A stretch of 64,000 nucleotides of DNA from Bacteroidia bacterium (lineage in GTDB: Bacteria > Bacteroidota > Bacteroidia > NS11-12g > UBA9320): NCBI GenBank assembly GCA_965216465.1, contig CBDCFW010000003.1:64001-128000 (forward strand), given 5' to 3'. This document shows positions 20,092 to 28,355 of this stretch, in pieces. Below the pieces are notes generated by a model that saw nothing but the letters and a program-made list of their open reading frames with translations, was not told the origin of the DNA and made no database searches. The stretch's first letter is position 1. Every line of letters starts with the position of its first letter. A program made the position numbers and the translations under genes.

Positions 20092-20722
20092 TCTTCGCAA
20101 CTCCTTCGTCGCTTGTGATATAAACTTCAGAATGTTTGATTAACTCTTTATACGTGCGTTTTCCGGTTGTGCTTCCAAATGAAGGAAGAACCATAAAGTT
20201 GCTGGAAATATAATAGCTAGGCAGTTTGATATGTTGTCTACCTTTTCCCGTAAGAGTAAAGGCGGGGTGCAGGTGTCCAAAAATGTTAAAATGATTGGTC
20301 TCAAGAGGTTCATGACTTAAATGAAAGCCATCAAGAACATAATCAGGAGTATAGCTGACAGCACTCGATGATATTGAGTGAATGTCGTGGTTTCCTACTA
20401 TGAGTTCAAAGCTCACATCGAGATCGTCAACCCATTTTTCTACAAATTGATTTTCAATATTTAAATCGCTGTGAAACAAGTCGCCTAAAACAATAACTTT
20501 CTTTGCATTAAATCTGGCAACAAGATCTTCTATAGCGTTGAGGTCATTTAATAATAGATCACTTGATAAAGGTATCCCATATTTTCTGAAATGGGTGGCT
20601 TTACCAGCATGCACATCAGCGAGAAGAAGTGCTTGTTGTTCGTGCCAAAATACCCCCTTTTCCTTGGTAAGAGAAAAACGATGTCTATTAAGCTCCGTAG
20701 TAATCTCAGGTTCGAACATCAC
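20078..20722 (-). CDS. pdeM: Ligase-associated DNA-damage-response metallophosphoesterase/endonuclease
   Basis: LLLADVHAGKATHFRKYGIP, LGDLFH, GNHD, HEP, GHLHP, LPSFGSTTG. Confidence 0.85.
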   Translation of the reverse strand: MMFEPEITTELNRHRFSLTKEKGVFWHEQQALLLADVHAGKATHFRKYGIPLSSDLLLNDLNAIEDLVARFNAKKVIVLGDLFHSDLNIENQFVEKWVDDLDVSFELIVGNHDIHSISSSAVSYTPDYVLDGFHLSHEPLETNHFNIFGHLHPAFTLTGKGRQHIKLPSYYISSNFMVLPSFGSTTGKRTYKELIKHSEVYITSDEGVAKIKSL

Positions 20723-21069
20723 AAATTGTATTCGGCTCTAGTTTTCTTGGGTAAACTGCTCACAATGAGTTCGTAAGACTTATCAACCAATTCAAGAATG
20801 AGCTGATCAGATACATCACTGTCAAAGTACACTGAATTCCAATGTTTCTTGCTCATGTGCCACCCTGGCTTTATTCCTAAGTATTGTTCCCTTAGTTCTA
20901 AGGCTTCTTCTGGATTGCATTTTAGGTTAACGAAGGTGAATGTAGCGATTGAAAATAGGCAGAACATCTTGCCTCCGGCCTTAAATACTAGCGTGTCTTG
21001 GTCAAATGGGGTGCTTTCTGTTACCGCTACCTTGTCTAAACAATATGTACGTAAAAACTCAATATCCAT
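20719..21069 (-). CDS. MmcQ/YjbR-family DNA-binding protein
   Basis: YCL.K..VTE..PF...TLVFK.GGKMF, NLKC.PE...LRE.Y..I.PGWHMSKKHWN. Confidence 0.93.
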   Translation of the reverse strand: MDIEFLRTYCLDKVAVTESTPFDQDTLVFKAGGKMFCLFSIATFTFVNLKCNPEEALELREQYLGIKPGWHMSKKHWNSVYFDSDVSDQLILELVDKSYELIVSSLPKKTRAEYNL

Positions 21070-22579
21070 GACCGTAGAATAAGGTTAAATCATCATCTTG
21101 GTAAAGCACTTTTGCATCGATAAAGAATTCGGCTTCGTCCAGCTTAAACTGCTCAACATTGCTGGTTTTACAGACAACGAAATTTGCTTTCAAGAACCTA
21201 AGAAACCACGGAAACGGACTTTGATCTCGTCCCATTTCTTCCGTATTGAATGTAGCTCCCTTTCGATCAACGTAAATTAATGCAAAGTTGGGTTCAGGCA
21301 CGTACACCGCGACAACCAGCTCGTCTTTTTTCACAAAGGGTGCAATTTTTTTATCGGCGTCTACCAACCAATTTCGCTCATATTTTTCAGGCCATCCGTC
21401 GATCACAACGGTCTCACTCATGCGATTAAAATGGCGATTGCTTCCAAGTGTAAAAGAAGTAACTGCAAAGATTAGAGCTAGGACTAAACTCGCTCGGGGA
21501 TGAACATATTCGCTCATCCCTTTAAGTGCCATGACTATGAGATATAACACAATAGGCATAAATGTACCCAATACGTAATAGTCGTGATCTTTGTATTGAA
21601 CACCGAATAATGCAATAATCGATAATAGTCCCAATGTCAGTAAAATTACAAGTTGGAACCTGTAATCTTTAAGCTTGATTTTCTTTATACGAAAGAGGTA
21701 AAATCCAACAGCAAGCCAAAACACAGTCCATTGTGCAGCATTAAAGTATTCTTTCAAGAATCTGCTAGCGGTGTCAAATACATTCCAAAATTCTTGCATC
21801 GACTGAGCTGGGCGGGTTCCAGAAAGAAAAACATACGAGTTTAAGGCTTGATTTCGCAAATTCACCAGTACGTAGTCGTAGTAAGCAACCCCGCCAGCAA
21901 TGGCAAAGAAGAGTAGGGTGTTAATCAGAAACAGCTTGTCCCACTTTTTAAAAGAGGCCAAAAAGTATATTGCATAAAAGCTAATAAAGTAGATTCCAGA
22001 GGATGTTTTAATCAGCAAGGCAAGTCCTGATAACAGAACAACCCAGATATAGTTGGATCGGAGATCTTTATTAACCAAATAAAAACAAACCAGCAGGATT
22101 GAAAGGGCAAGAATATCGGGTAAAAAATTGTAGGAGTAATACAATAAGATTGGACTGCTCATCAAACCCACAAAAAGGGCCATTCGGTAAAGCAAGTTTT
22201 CTTCTTTTAAGCTTTTAAAAACAAAGAAGAAAAAAGCTGTGAAAAAAATGACAAAAGTGAGCAGCCGGTAAAGGAGGGGTAAATATGCTTTATTGAAGCC
22301 AGCTCGTACCACTTGAGCAAGAACGTATTGGTATCCCGAAAATTCAACACCAACTTTTCCGTCTTCGGTCTTCATAGACAGCGTAGCCGGGTCGTTTAGA
22401 CCTCTTCCTTCAATGTAGCGTTCGGCAATACTTAGCCGATCTGCTTGTGCCCATTGGTGAATACCTCGCGGTTTGTCGTTTGCATAATTGAAGAAAGTGA
22501 AAAAGAAGAAAAATAAGAGTAGAAAAATGTAGCTGCCAAGCAACAATAGTGAGGGTCTATGTGTCTTCCATTTAATCAT
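21059..22579 (-). CDS. GT-C fold (GT39/PMT/ArnT-like) multi-pass membrane glycosyltransferase
   Basis: After TM1 the periplasmic motif IHQWAQADR...VEF, then NFLPD, L.K and HDYY motifs, with >10 TM segments. Start moved to ATG 22579. Confidence 0.68.
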   Translation of the reverse strand: MIKWKTHRPSLLLLGSYIFLLLFFFFFTFFNYANDKPRGIHQWAQADRLSIAERYIEGRGLNDPATLSMKTEDGKVGVEFSGYQYVLAQVVRAGFNKAYLPLLYRLLTFVIFFTAFFFFVFKSLKEENLLYRMALFVGLMSSPILLYYSYNFLPDILALSILLVCFYLVNKDLRSNYIWVVLLSGLALLIKTSSGIYFISFYAIYFLASFKKWDKLFLINTLLFFAIAGGVAYYDYVLVNLRNQALNSYVFLSGTRPAQSMQEFWNVFDTASRFLKEYFNAAQWTVFWLAVGFYLFRIKKIKLKDYRFQLVILLTLGLLSIIALFGVQYKDHDYYVLGTFMPIVLYLIVMALKGMSEYVHPRASLVLALIFAVTSFTLGSNRHFNRMSETVVIDGWPEKYERNWLVDADKKIAPFVKKDELVVAVYVPEPNFALIYVDRKGATFNTEEMGRDQSPFPWFLRFLKANFVVCKTSNVEQFKLDEAEFFIDAKVLYQDDDLTLFYGHGY

Positions 22580-22580
22580 G

Positions 22581-22588
22581 TATATTTG
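22581..22588 (+). promoter_or_regulatory. -7 element TATATTTG within the 16-bp divergent gap
   Basis: Exact consensus, 7 nt before ATG 22596. Confidence 0.6.
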
Positions 22589-22595
22589 TGTTGCT

Positions 22596-25500
22596 ATGCG
22601 TGCAGTCAAAAACTCCTTACTCTTTATTGGCTTTCTGCTCGTTAGTGTTTCATTATTCGCCAAAAATAGCAATGATGTAGAATTATTTTCCAAAAAAGAT
22701 CAGATTCAACAAAATCTTTTTGGAGAGCTAAATGAAGACGTTCAATTTGAGAAAAATGAAGGTCAATACACAGGCGAATTCGAATATAGATACAGCGGTC
22801 AGAACGCATGTGTCGATTTTTACCCCAACAAAGTAGTATTCAGTCTTAGAAAGCTTTCAAAGGCTTTTGATGCGAGCAAAATGATTGAAGAACCGGTTGA
22901 ATTTGATTACATCGTTTGGGAGATCGACTTGAATTCTTCGGCTTCCATAATTCCAGATGCACTAACCATTCCTCAAAGCATTAACTATTTTAATGCAGAT
23001 GGAACGAACATCAAAAAGAAAGTCGCCAAGCAATTGCTTTATTCAGAAGTTTACCCGAACATCGACCTGAAGTTTTATCAAGACGAGTCGGGCAGCTTGA
23101 AGTACGACTTTATTCTTAAACCAGGAGCCAAACTGAGCGATATTAAGCTTAATTATAGCGGTGTTGACGATTTGTTAGTTAATGACGAAGGTCAGTTAAC
23201 TTATGCCACAAAGTGGGGTACCATTAAAGAAGAAAAACCATATTCTTACAAAGCATCGAGTAAAGAAGAGTTATTTATTGATTATCGTGTAGCAGATAAT
23301 ACACTATCGTTTGATGCAGCCTTCGATGAAGTTGATGAGACTGTTGTTTTAGATCCGATTTATGTAGATTGGAGTACTTATTTCTATGGTACGGGGAACA
23401 ACGGTATGACGTGGGCCTTCACTTGGGTGATGGATCTCGACATCGACGATTCGAACTATGTTTATGTAGCTGGGATGACTAACGATAGGTTTCCAGGACT
23501 ATTCAATACATACGATACAACTACGAATGGATTTTATGACGGATATGTTTGTAAACTTTCTCCCAATGGAGATAGCATAGTTTGGTTTACCTACATTGGC
23601 GGTTCAAGCTTTGAATACGCGTTTACCCTGGCGGTAAATGCCCAACAAGAGCCTGTAATTGCTGGGTTTACTAACAGTTCTGATTTCCCAACAACAGCAA
23701 ATGCCTTGAGTAAGAACAAAGGTTCTTTCTGGTATGATGGATTCCTTACCAAATTTTCAAAGAATGGAGACTCACTAGTATTTTCAACCTTTTTTGGAGG
23801 ATCAGGAAGTACTTTAATTCATTCAATTGCTCTTGACAATTCAAATAATATTTACCTAACAGGTAGAACCAATAGTACGGATTTTCCAACGACTCCAAAC
23901 TGTTACCAACCAACCTATGGTGGAGGTAGTACAAACTGGTGGAATGGTGGAGATGCGTTTCTTACCAAACTAAATCCAACCGGAAATCAATACTTGTTTT
24001 CAACTTATGTAGGAGGTTTTTACGACGATGAAGCTTATGAGGTAGCATTGAGCCCTGCTCAGGATATCTATATAGTTGGTAAAACAGCGTCAGGTAACTT
24101 CCCTACAACGCCAGGTTCTCCAATTTTTAACTTCAACGTTTTAGGAGCTACCGACGGATTTATATGCAAGTTTAAACCTGATGGAAAAACACTGCATTAT
24201 GCAAAATTAATGGGAGGTTCTGGAGAAGATTGGTTTGAAGGAGTGTACGTAAATAGTTACGATCAAGCTTATGTAGGTGGAATTAGTAGATCATCTAATT
24301 TCTATACTACTGCCAATGCATTTCAAAAGAACAGTGCAGGAGGTGCAGATATGGTCGTGGTGAAGTTTGTGGGTGGAGGCCAGAATGTTATCTATTCAAC
24401 TTACATTGGTGGAAGCGGAGATGAAATGTATTACTCTGGCTTTATCTATAATTCAAATATTCGAATTTCAGCCAATGTTCGAGAAGAGGCAATCATATGT
24501 GGTATATCAAGATCAAATAACTTCCCTGTAACTTCTGATGCCCTGATGACATCGAATCCGAGTACGTCAGGAGGCGGCTGGTGGAATTCGGCAGCAACCA
24601 TTACGAAATTAAACTATACCGGTGACCAGCAACTTTATGGAACCTATTTTGGAGGTTCAAGTTTTGAGGTGCCTGGAGCCAATAAATTGAAGCGAATAAG
24701 TTGTTATACCAACATTCTGTTTGGAGGATTTACCAATTCGTCGGATTATCCAACATCTACGGGTGTATACAAAGAAAATAAAAGTGCTACGGGTACATTC
24801 TGGACCGGATTTGTGTCTAAGTTTAGAGATACATTGTACACTGAGCTCATTGATTTAGGCTTAGAAGACACCATAACCGATTGCGATCAGGTTTATGAGT
24901 TTTTGGATGCTAAGAACATCGGTGCCGACATCATTTGGTCTACCGGCGAAACCTACCACTATGAAATTGTAGAAGAGCCTGGAACGTATTGGGTACAAGC
25001 TACATACGGATGTGATACGGTACGTGATACCATTACAATTAATTTGGAATATTCACCAACGGTTCCGATTCTACCCGTCGATACCATATTCTGTGATTCG
25101 ATGCCGACCGTCGTCCTCGATGCCCAGAATGATACCATAATGCCGACCTATTTATGGAGCACAGGCGACTCAACACAAACTATCACGGTTGATCAAGAAG
25201 GCGAATATATTGTAGAAATTTCTACACCAAATTGTGGAAGTAAGTCCGATTCGGTCGTCTATACAGAACGAACCACACCTGAGGCCATATTGCCAATTGA
25301 CAGTATATTCTGTGATTCTGTTAACTTTCCAATTACGGTAGGGAAACCTTTAAACGATGAGGCTTACAGTTGGAATACGCTGGATAGTACGAACACAATA
25401 ACCATAAGCGATACAGGCTATTATACTGTTAAGATTGTAAATATGTGTGGAGTAGACTCTGCAGATTTTAGAGCAAGTCAACTGCTTACACCAGAAACGA

Positions 25501-26849
25501 TATTACCTGTAGATTCTGAATTTTGTGATCAAATTAGCTATACCATCGAAATTGGCTTAGATGACAATGCCGAGACGTATTTTATTAATGATTTGACAAA
25601 TTCAAAATCGCTAACACCATCTGACTCATTCACCTTAACCGACGCGGCGGAGTATGAAGTGATAACATCAAATATTTGTGGTGTATCTAGAGATACCATT
25701 GAGTTGAGCTTGTTGTATACTCCTGTGGCCAACTTAGGAAACGATACAACATTCTGTGACGTAGTTTCATATCCATTAGATGTTACAACTGCGGGGAATA
25801 AAGAGATTTATTTCTGGGAGGATGGATCAAGTAATGGAAGCCGAACACTAAGTGCAGAAGGCTTGTATTGGGTGCAAATAGGCAATAAATGTGGAGCCTC
25901 ACGAGATAGCGTGCAGGTATCTCTGGTTGAAACTCCAATAGCAAGTTTGCCTGAAGATAGTACATTCTGCGATCAAATCAATATTGTTCTTGATGCGGAA
26001 ATTCAAGAACCTTCAACCTATCTATGGCAAGACAATCAGTCTACACCTTCTATAACGGCAACGTCAGAAGGAAAATATGTGGTTTCCATTACCAATTATT
26101 GTGGAGTCGCTAAAGACAGCATGACGATATCTTTAATTGAAAGTCCAGTTGTTAATTTTGGTCCCGATGAGATATTCTGCGGTAACATAACACCAATTGA
26201 ATATACGATCGGTAAGGCCGATAATGAGGAAGTATACCTATGGTCAGACAACACTACGGGTGCAACGAATACCTTGATGACAGAAGGTAAACACTGGGTT
26301 CAAATTCAGAACAAATGTGCTACAGTGTCTGATACTATTGAGTATAGCATAAGTGCTAATCCTATTGTTAATCTTGGTCCAGATACCACATTATGTGGCA
26401 ACTTCAAAGTGATATTAGATGCTGGAAATCCAGGCATGAACTACATTTGGGAGCCTTATGGTGAGACCACTCAGGTGATTGAAGCTACCGAACAACGCGT
26501 TTATAAGGTTACAGTGTATAACGAGCATGGCTGCGAAGGAAGCGATGAATTTGAGATTGATGGAGGCTGCGTAAGCCATTACTATATCCCTACAGGATTT
26601 TCTCCTAACGACGATGGAACAAACGATGTGTTTAGACCTTCGTTAATCAACTACGAAGACTTTACTATGAAGATTTATACCCGCTGGGGAGAGTTGATTT
26701 ATGAGACCAACGATCCGATTAAAGGTTGGGATGGAACTTATCAAGGAGAGATAGTGCAAAACGGAGTTTACCTGTATCAGCTACGATTTAAAACTACTGA
26801 AGATCTTCAATACCAAAACATGGAAGGCTTAGTGAACGTAATTCGATAA
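22596..26849 (+). CDS. T9SS type B (gliding-motility-associated CTD) surface protein with SBBP beta-propeller repeats and an Ig-like repeat stalk
   Basis: Signal peptide, F.KN.GQ and LKYDFILKPGA N-terminal domain, repeated STY.GGS/G.T.S.DFPTT (SBBP). CTD YIPTGFSPNDDG.ND.F...IYTRWGELIY...GWDGTYQG...GVY.Y...G.V.VIR. Confidence 0.9.
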   Translation: MRAVKNSLLFIGFLLVSVSLFAKNSNDVELFSKKDQIQQNLFGELNEDVQFEKNEGQYTGEFEYRYSGQNACVDFYPNKVVFSLRKLSKAFDASKMIEEPVEFDYIVWEIDLNSSASIIPDALTIPQSINYFNADGTNIKKKVAKQLLYSEVYPNIDLKFYQDESGSLKYDFILKPGAKLSDIKLNYSGVDDLLVNDEGQLTYATKWGTIKEEKPYSYKASSKEELFIDYRVADNTLSFDAAFDEVDETVVLDPIYVDWSTYFYGTGNNGMTWAFTWVMDLDIDDSNYVYVAGMTNDRFPGLFNTYDTTTNGFYDGYVCKLSPNGDSIVWFTYIGGSSFEYAFTLAVNAQQEPVIAGFTNSSDFPTTANALSKNKGSFWYDGFLTKFSKNGDSLVFSTFFGGSGSTLIHSIALDNSNNIYLTGRTNSTDFPTTPNCYQPTYGGGSTNWWNGGDAFLTKLNPTGNQYLFSTYVGGFYDDEAYEVALSPAQDIYIVGKTASGNFPTTPGSPIFNFNVLGATDGFICKFKPDGKTLHYAKLMGGSGEDWFEGVYVNSYDQAYVGGISRSSNFYTTANAFQKNSAGGADMVVVKFVGGGQNVIYSTYIGGSGDEMYYSGFIYNSNIRISANVREEAIICGISRSNNFPVTSDALMTSNPSTSGGGWWNSAATITKLNYTGDQQLYGTYFGGSSFEVPGANKLKRISCYTNILFGGFTNSSDYPTSTGVYKENKSATGTFWTGFVSKFRDTLYTELIDLGLEDTITDCDQVYEFLDAKNIGADIIWSTGETYHYEIVEEPGTYWVQATYGCDTVRDTITINLEYSPTVPILPVDTIFCDSMPTVVLDAQNDTIMPTYLWSTGDSTQTITVDQEGEYIVEISTPNCGSKSDSVVYTERTTPEAILPIDSIFCDSVNFPITVGKPLNDEAYSWNTLDSTNTITISDTGYYTVKIVNMCGVDSADFRASQLLTPETILPVDSEFCDQISYTIEIGLDDNAETYFINDLTNSKSLTPSDSFTLTDAAEYEVITSNICGVSRDTIELSLLYTPVANLGNDTTFCDVVSYPLDVTTAGNKEIYFWEDGSSNGSRTLSAEGLYWVQIGNKCGASRDSVQVSLVETPIASLPEDSTFCDQINIVLDAEIQEPSTYLWQDNQSTPSITATSEGKYVVSITNYCGVAKDSMTISLIESPVVNFGPDEIFCGNITPIEYTIGKADNEEVYLWSDNTTGATNTLMTEGKHWVQIQNKCATVSDTIEYSISANPIVNLGPDTTLCGNFKVILDAGNPGMNYIWEPYGETTQVIEATEQRVYKVTVYNEHGCEGSDEFEIDGGCVSHYYIPTGFSPNDDGTNDVFRPSLINYEDFTMKIYTRWGELIYETNDPIKGWDGTYQGEIVQNGVYLYQLRFKTTEDLQYQNMEGLVNVIR
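24855..26570 (+). repeat. Eight tandem ~70-aa Ig-like protein repeats, each with two Cys
   Basis: Unit L(P/G).D(T/S).FC....Y.W.......G.Y.V...N.CG...D(T/S) occurs 8 times in the translation; DNA-level identity is low. Confidence 0.75.
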
Positions 26850-26852
26850 GAA

Positions 26853-28355
26853 TTACTTCACTATGGTCATACCAACCATTCTGCCTTTGTGAACCACATT
26901 TAAGAAATATTGTCCAGAAGACAATGTGCTTACATCAATAAAGTTGATCCAGTTTTTCAATTCTCCTGATTGAAGTAATTGTCCTGATGATGAAAGCAAG
27001 GTGTAATTCGAATTTGGGTTGCATACCACCTGAAGCTTGTTTTGAACAGGATTTGGGAAGGCTTTAACGGACAAAGCTGTATGTTGTCTTGGCTCACTAG
27101 CAATTCGCGTCAAAATACTATCTGCCATTAATACATTGGGAATTCCATAACCGTATTCATTATCTGGTGTATCATACTGATGTGAACTTCTAATTATTGC
27201 ATCGAAAATCTCGGCATTGCTGCGTTCGGGGTGAGCTTCCATTAAGCATGCTACCAATCCTGCTATTAGCGGTCCAGAGAAAGAGGTACCACTTCCTCTG
27301 GATAACAGTCCAAATCGGTTAGGAATGGTATTTCGATGTCCCATAGCACAAACCTCTGGTTTAATTCTACCATCACTGCTTGGACCGCGTGATGAAAATC
27401 CGGTAATGATTTCATTGCTATCCACCGCACCGACGCAGAGAACATTTCGGCCATCGCATGGTGCCGTAATATGAAACCACGCACTGTTTCCTGAGTTACC
27501 CGCACTATTTGTGATAAATATACCTCTACTTGCAGCCAACTCAGCGGCAAGGGTAATAATCGTGCTGTTGCCGTCCATGTCGGCATAAGTGTAATCTCCT
27601 TCTAAGCTATCAAACAGAGAATAGCCAAGACTCGAGTGAATAATGTCAACTCCAACAGAATCGGCCCATTCCATTCCTCTGAGCCAATTAAATTCTTCAA
27701 TGTGGCGTTCACGTCCTGATTCTTCTGTTCGTGCAAGTACAAAGTTTGCACCAGGTGCTGCACCTACGATGCTATCTTCATAAGTCGCACCTGCTAAGGC
27801 CAACACTTGCATACCGTGGGTATGGGTGTTATAACGCAAGGTGTCGTTGCTTACAAAATCATAAGCCGCTATAATTTGGCTGCTATCCCATAAGCTTTGA
27901 AACATGGCAAATGAATCAACCCTAAAAAAACCAGCATCAAAAAGAGCGAGGTTTACACCTTTTCCTGTATAGCCTTTTCGATGAAAACTATCAAGATGCA
28001 GCATATCAATCTGCCAATCTCCTTGACCGTATGAAAAGTCTTCAGCAATGCTTGCGGTGTTTACCTTATAATTTCCTAGCGGTTGTACATGTATAACAAA
28101 TTCAAACTTTTTTTCGAGGTATTGAGGATGACCTTCAACACAAATAGCATTTAACCATTTACTGCTGCCTAAAAGGTTAACCCCCTCATTTTTAATCTGT
28201 TCTACGTACGCTTTGTTTAATTCCTTATCGAAATACGTCGTTGATGTGGTGTCTTTGTCTTTGAAATATACCCAACTATTTTGTGCATGAACAAAACATG
28301 CTATCAAGGTAAGTAGGACGGTAAGACTAATCTTCAAGTGCTTGCTTAAGTTCAT
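26853..28355 (-). CDS. S8 (subtilisin-family) serine peptidase with T9SS type A CTD
   Basis: Catalytic D (LFDAGF), H (HTHGMQVL), oxyanion N (SAGNSG) and S (GSGTSFSGP). CTD FPNPVQ...LSSGQYFL...IVK. Confidence 0.93.
   Translation of the reverse strand: MNLSKHLKISLTVLLTLIACFVHAQNSWVYFKDKDTTSTTYFDKELNKAYVEQIKNEGVNLLGSSKWLNAICVEGHPQYLEKKFEFVIHVQPLGNYKVNTASIAEDFSYGQGDWQIDMLHLDSFHRKGYTGKGVNLALFDAGFFRVDSFAMFQSLWDSSQIIAAYDFVSNDTLRYNTHTHGMQVLALAGATYEDSIVGAAPGANFVLARTEESGRERHIEEFNWLRGMEWADSVGVDIIHSSLGYSLFDSLEGDYTYADMDGNSTIITLAAELAASRGIFITNSAGNSGNSAWFHITAPCDGRNVLCVGAVDSNEIITGFSSRGPSSDGRIKPEVCAMGHRNTIPNRFGLLSRGSGTSFSGPLIAGLVACLMEAHPERSNAEIFDAIIRSSHQYDTPDNEYGYGIPNVLMADSILTRIASEPRQHTALSVKAFPNPVQNKLQVVCNPNSNYTLLSSSGQLLQSGELKNWINFIDVSTLSSGQYFLNVVHKGRMVGMTIVK

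Noticed and set aside
22578-22693. Apparent 116-bp head-to-head overlap of the GT-C gene and the type B CTD gene
   Set aside because: An artefact of longest-ORF starts. ATG 22579 (minus) and ATG 22596 (plus) fit the signal/TM sequences and the promoter, leaving a 16-bp gap.
24855-26570. Repeats as a CRISPR array or DNA tandem repeat
   Set aside because: The periodicity is at the protein level only; there are no identical DNA repeats or spacers and no cas genes.
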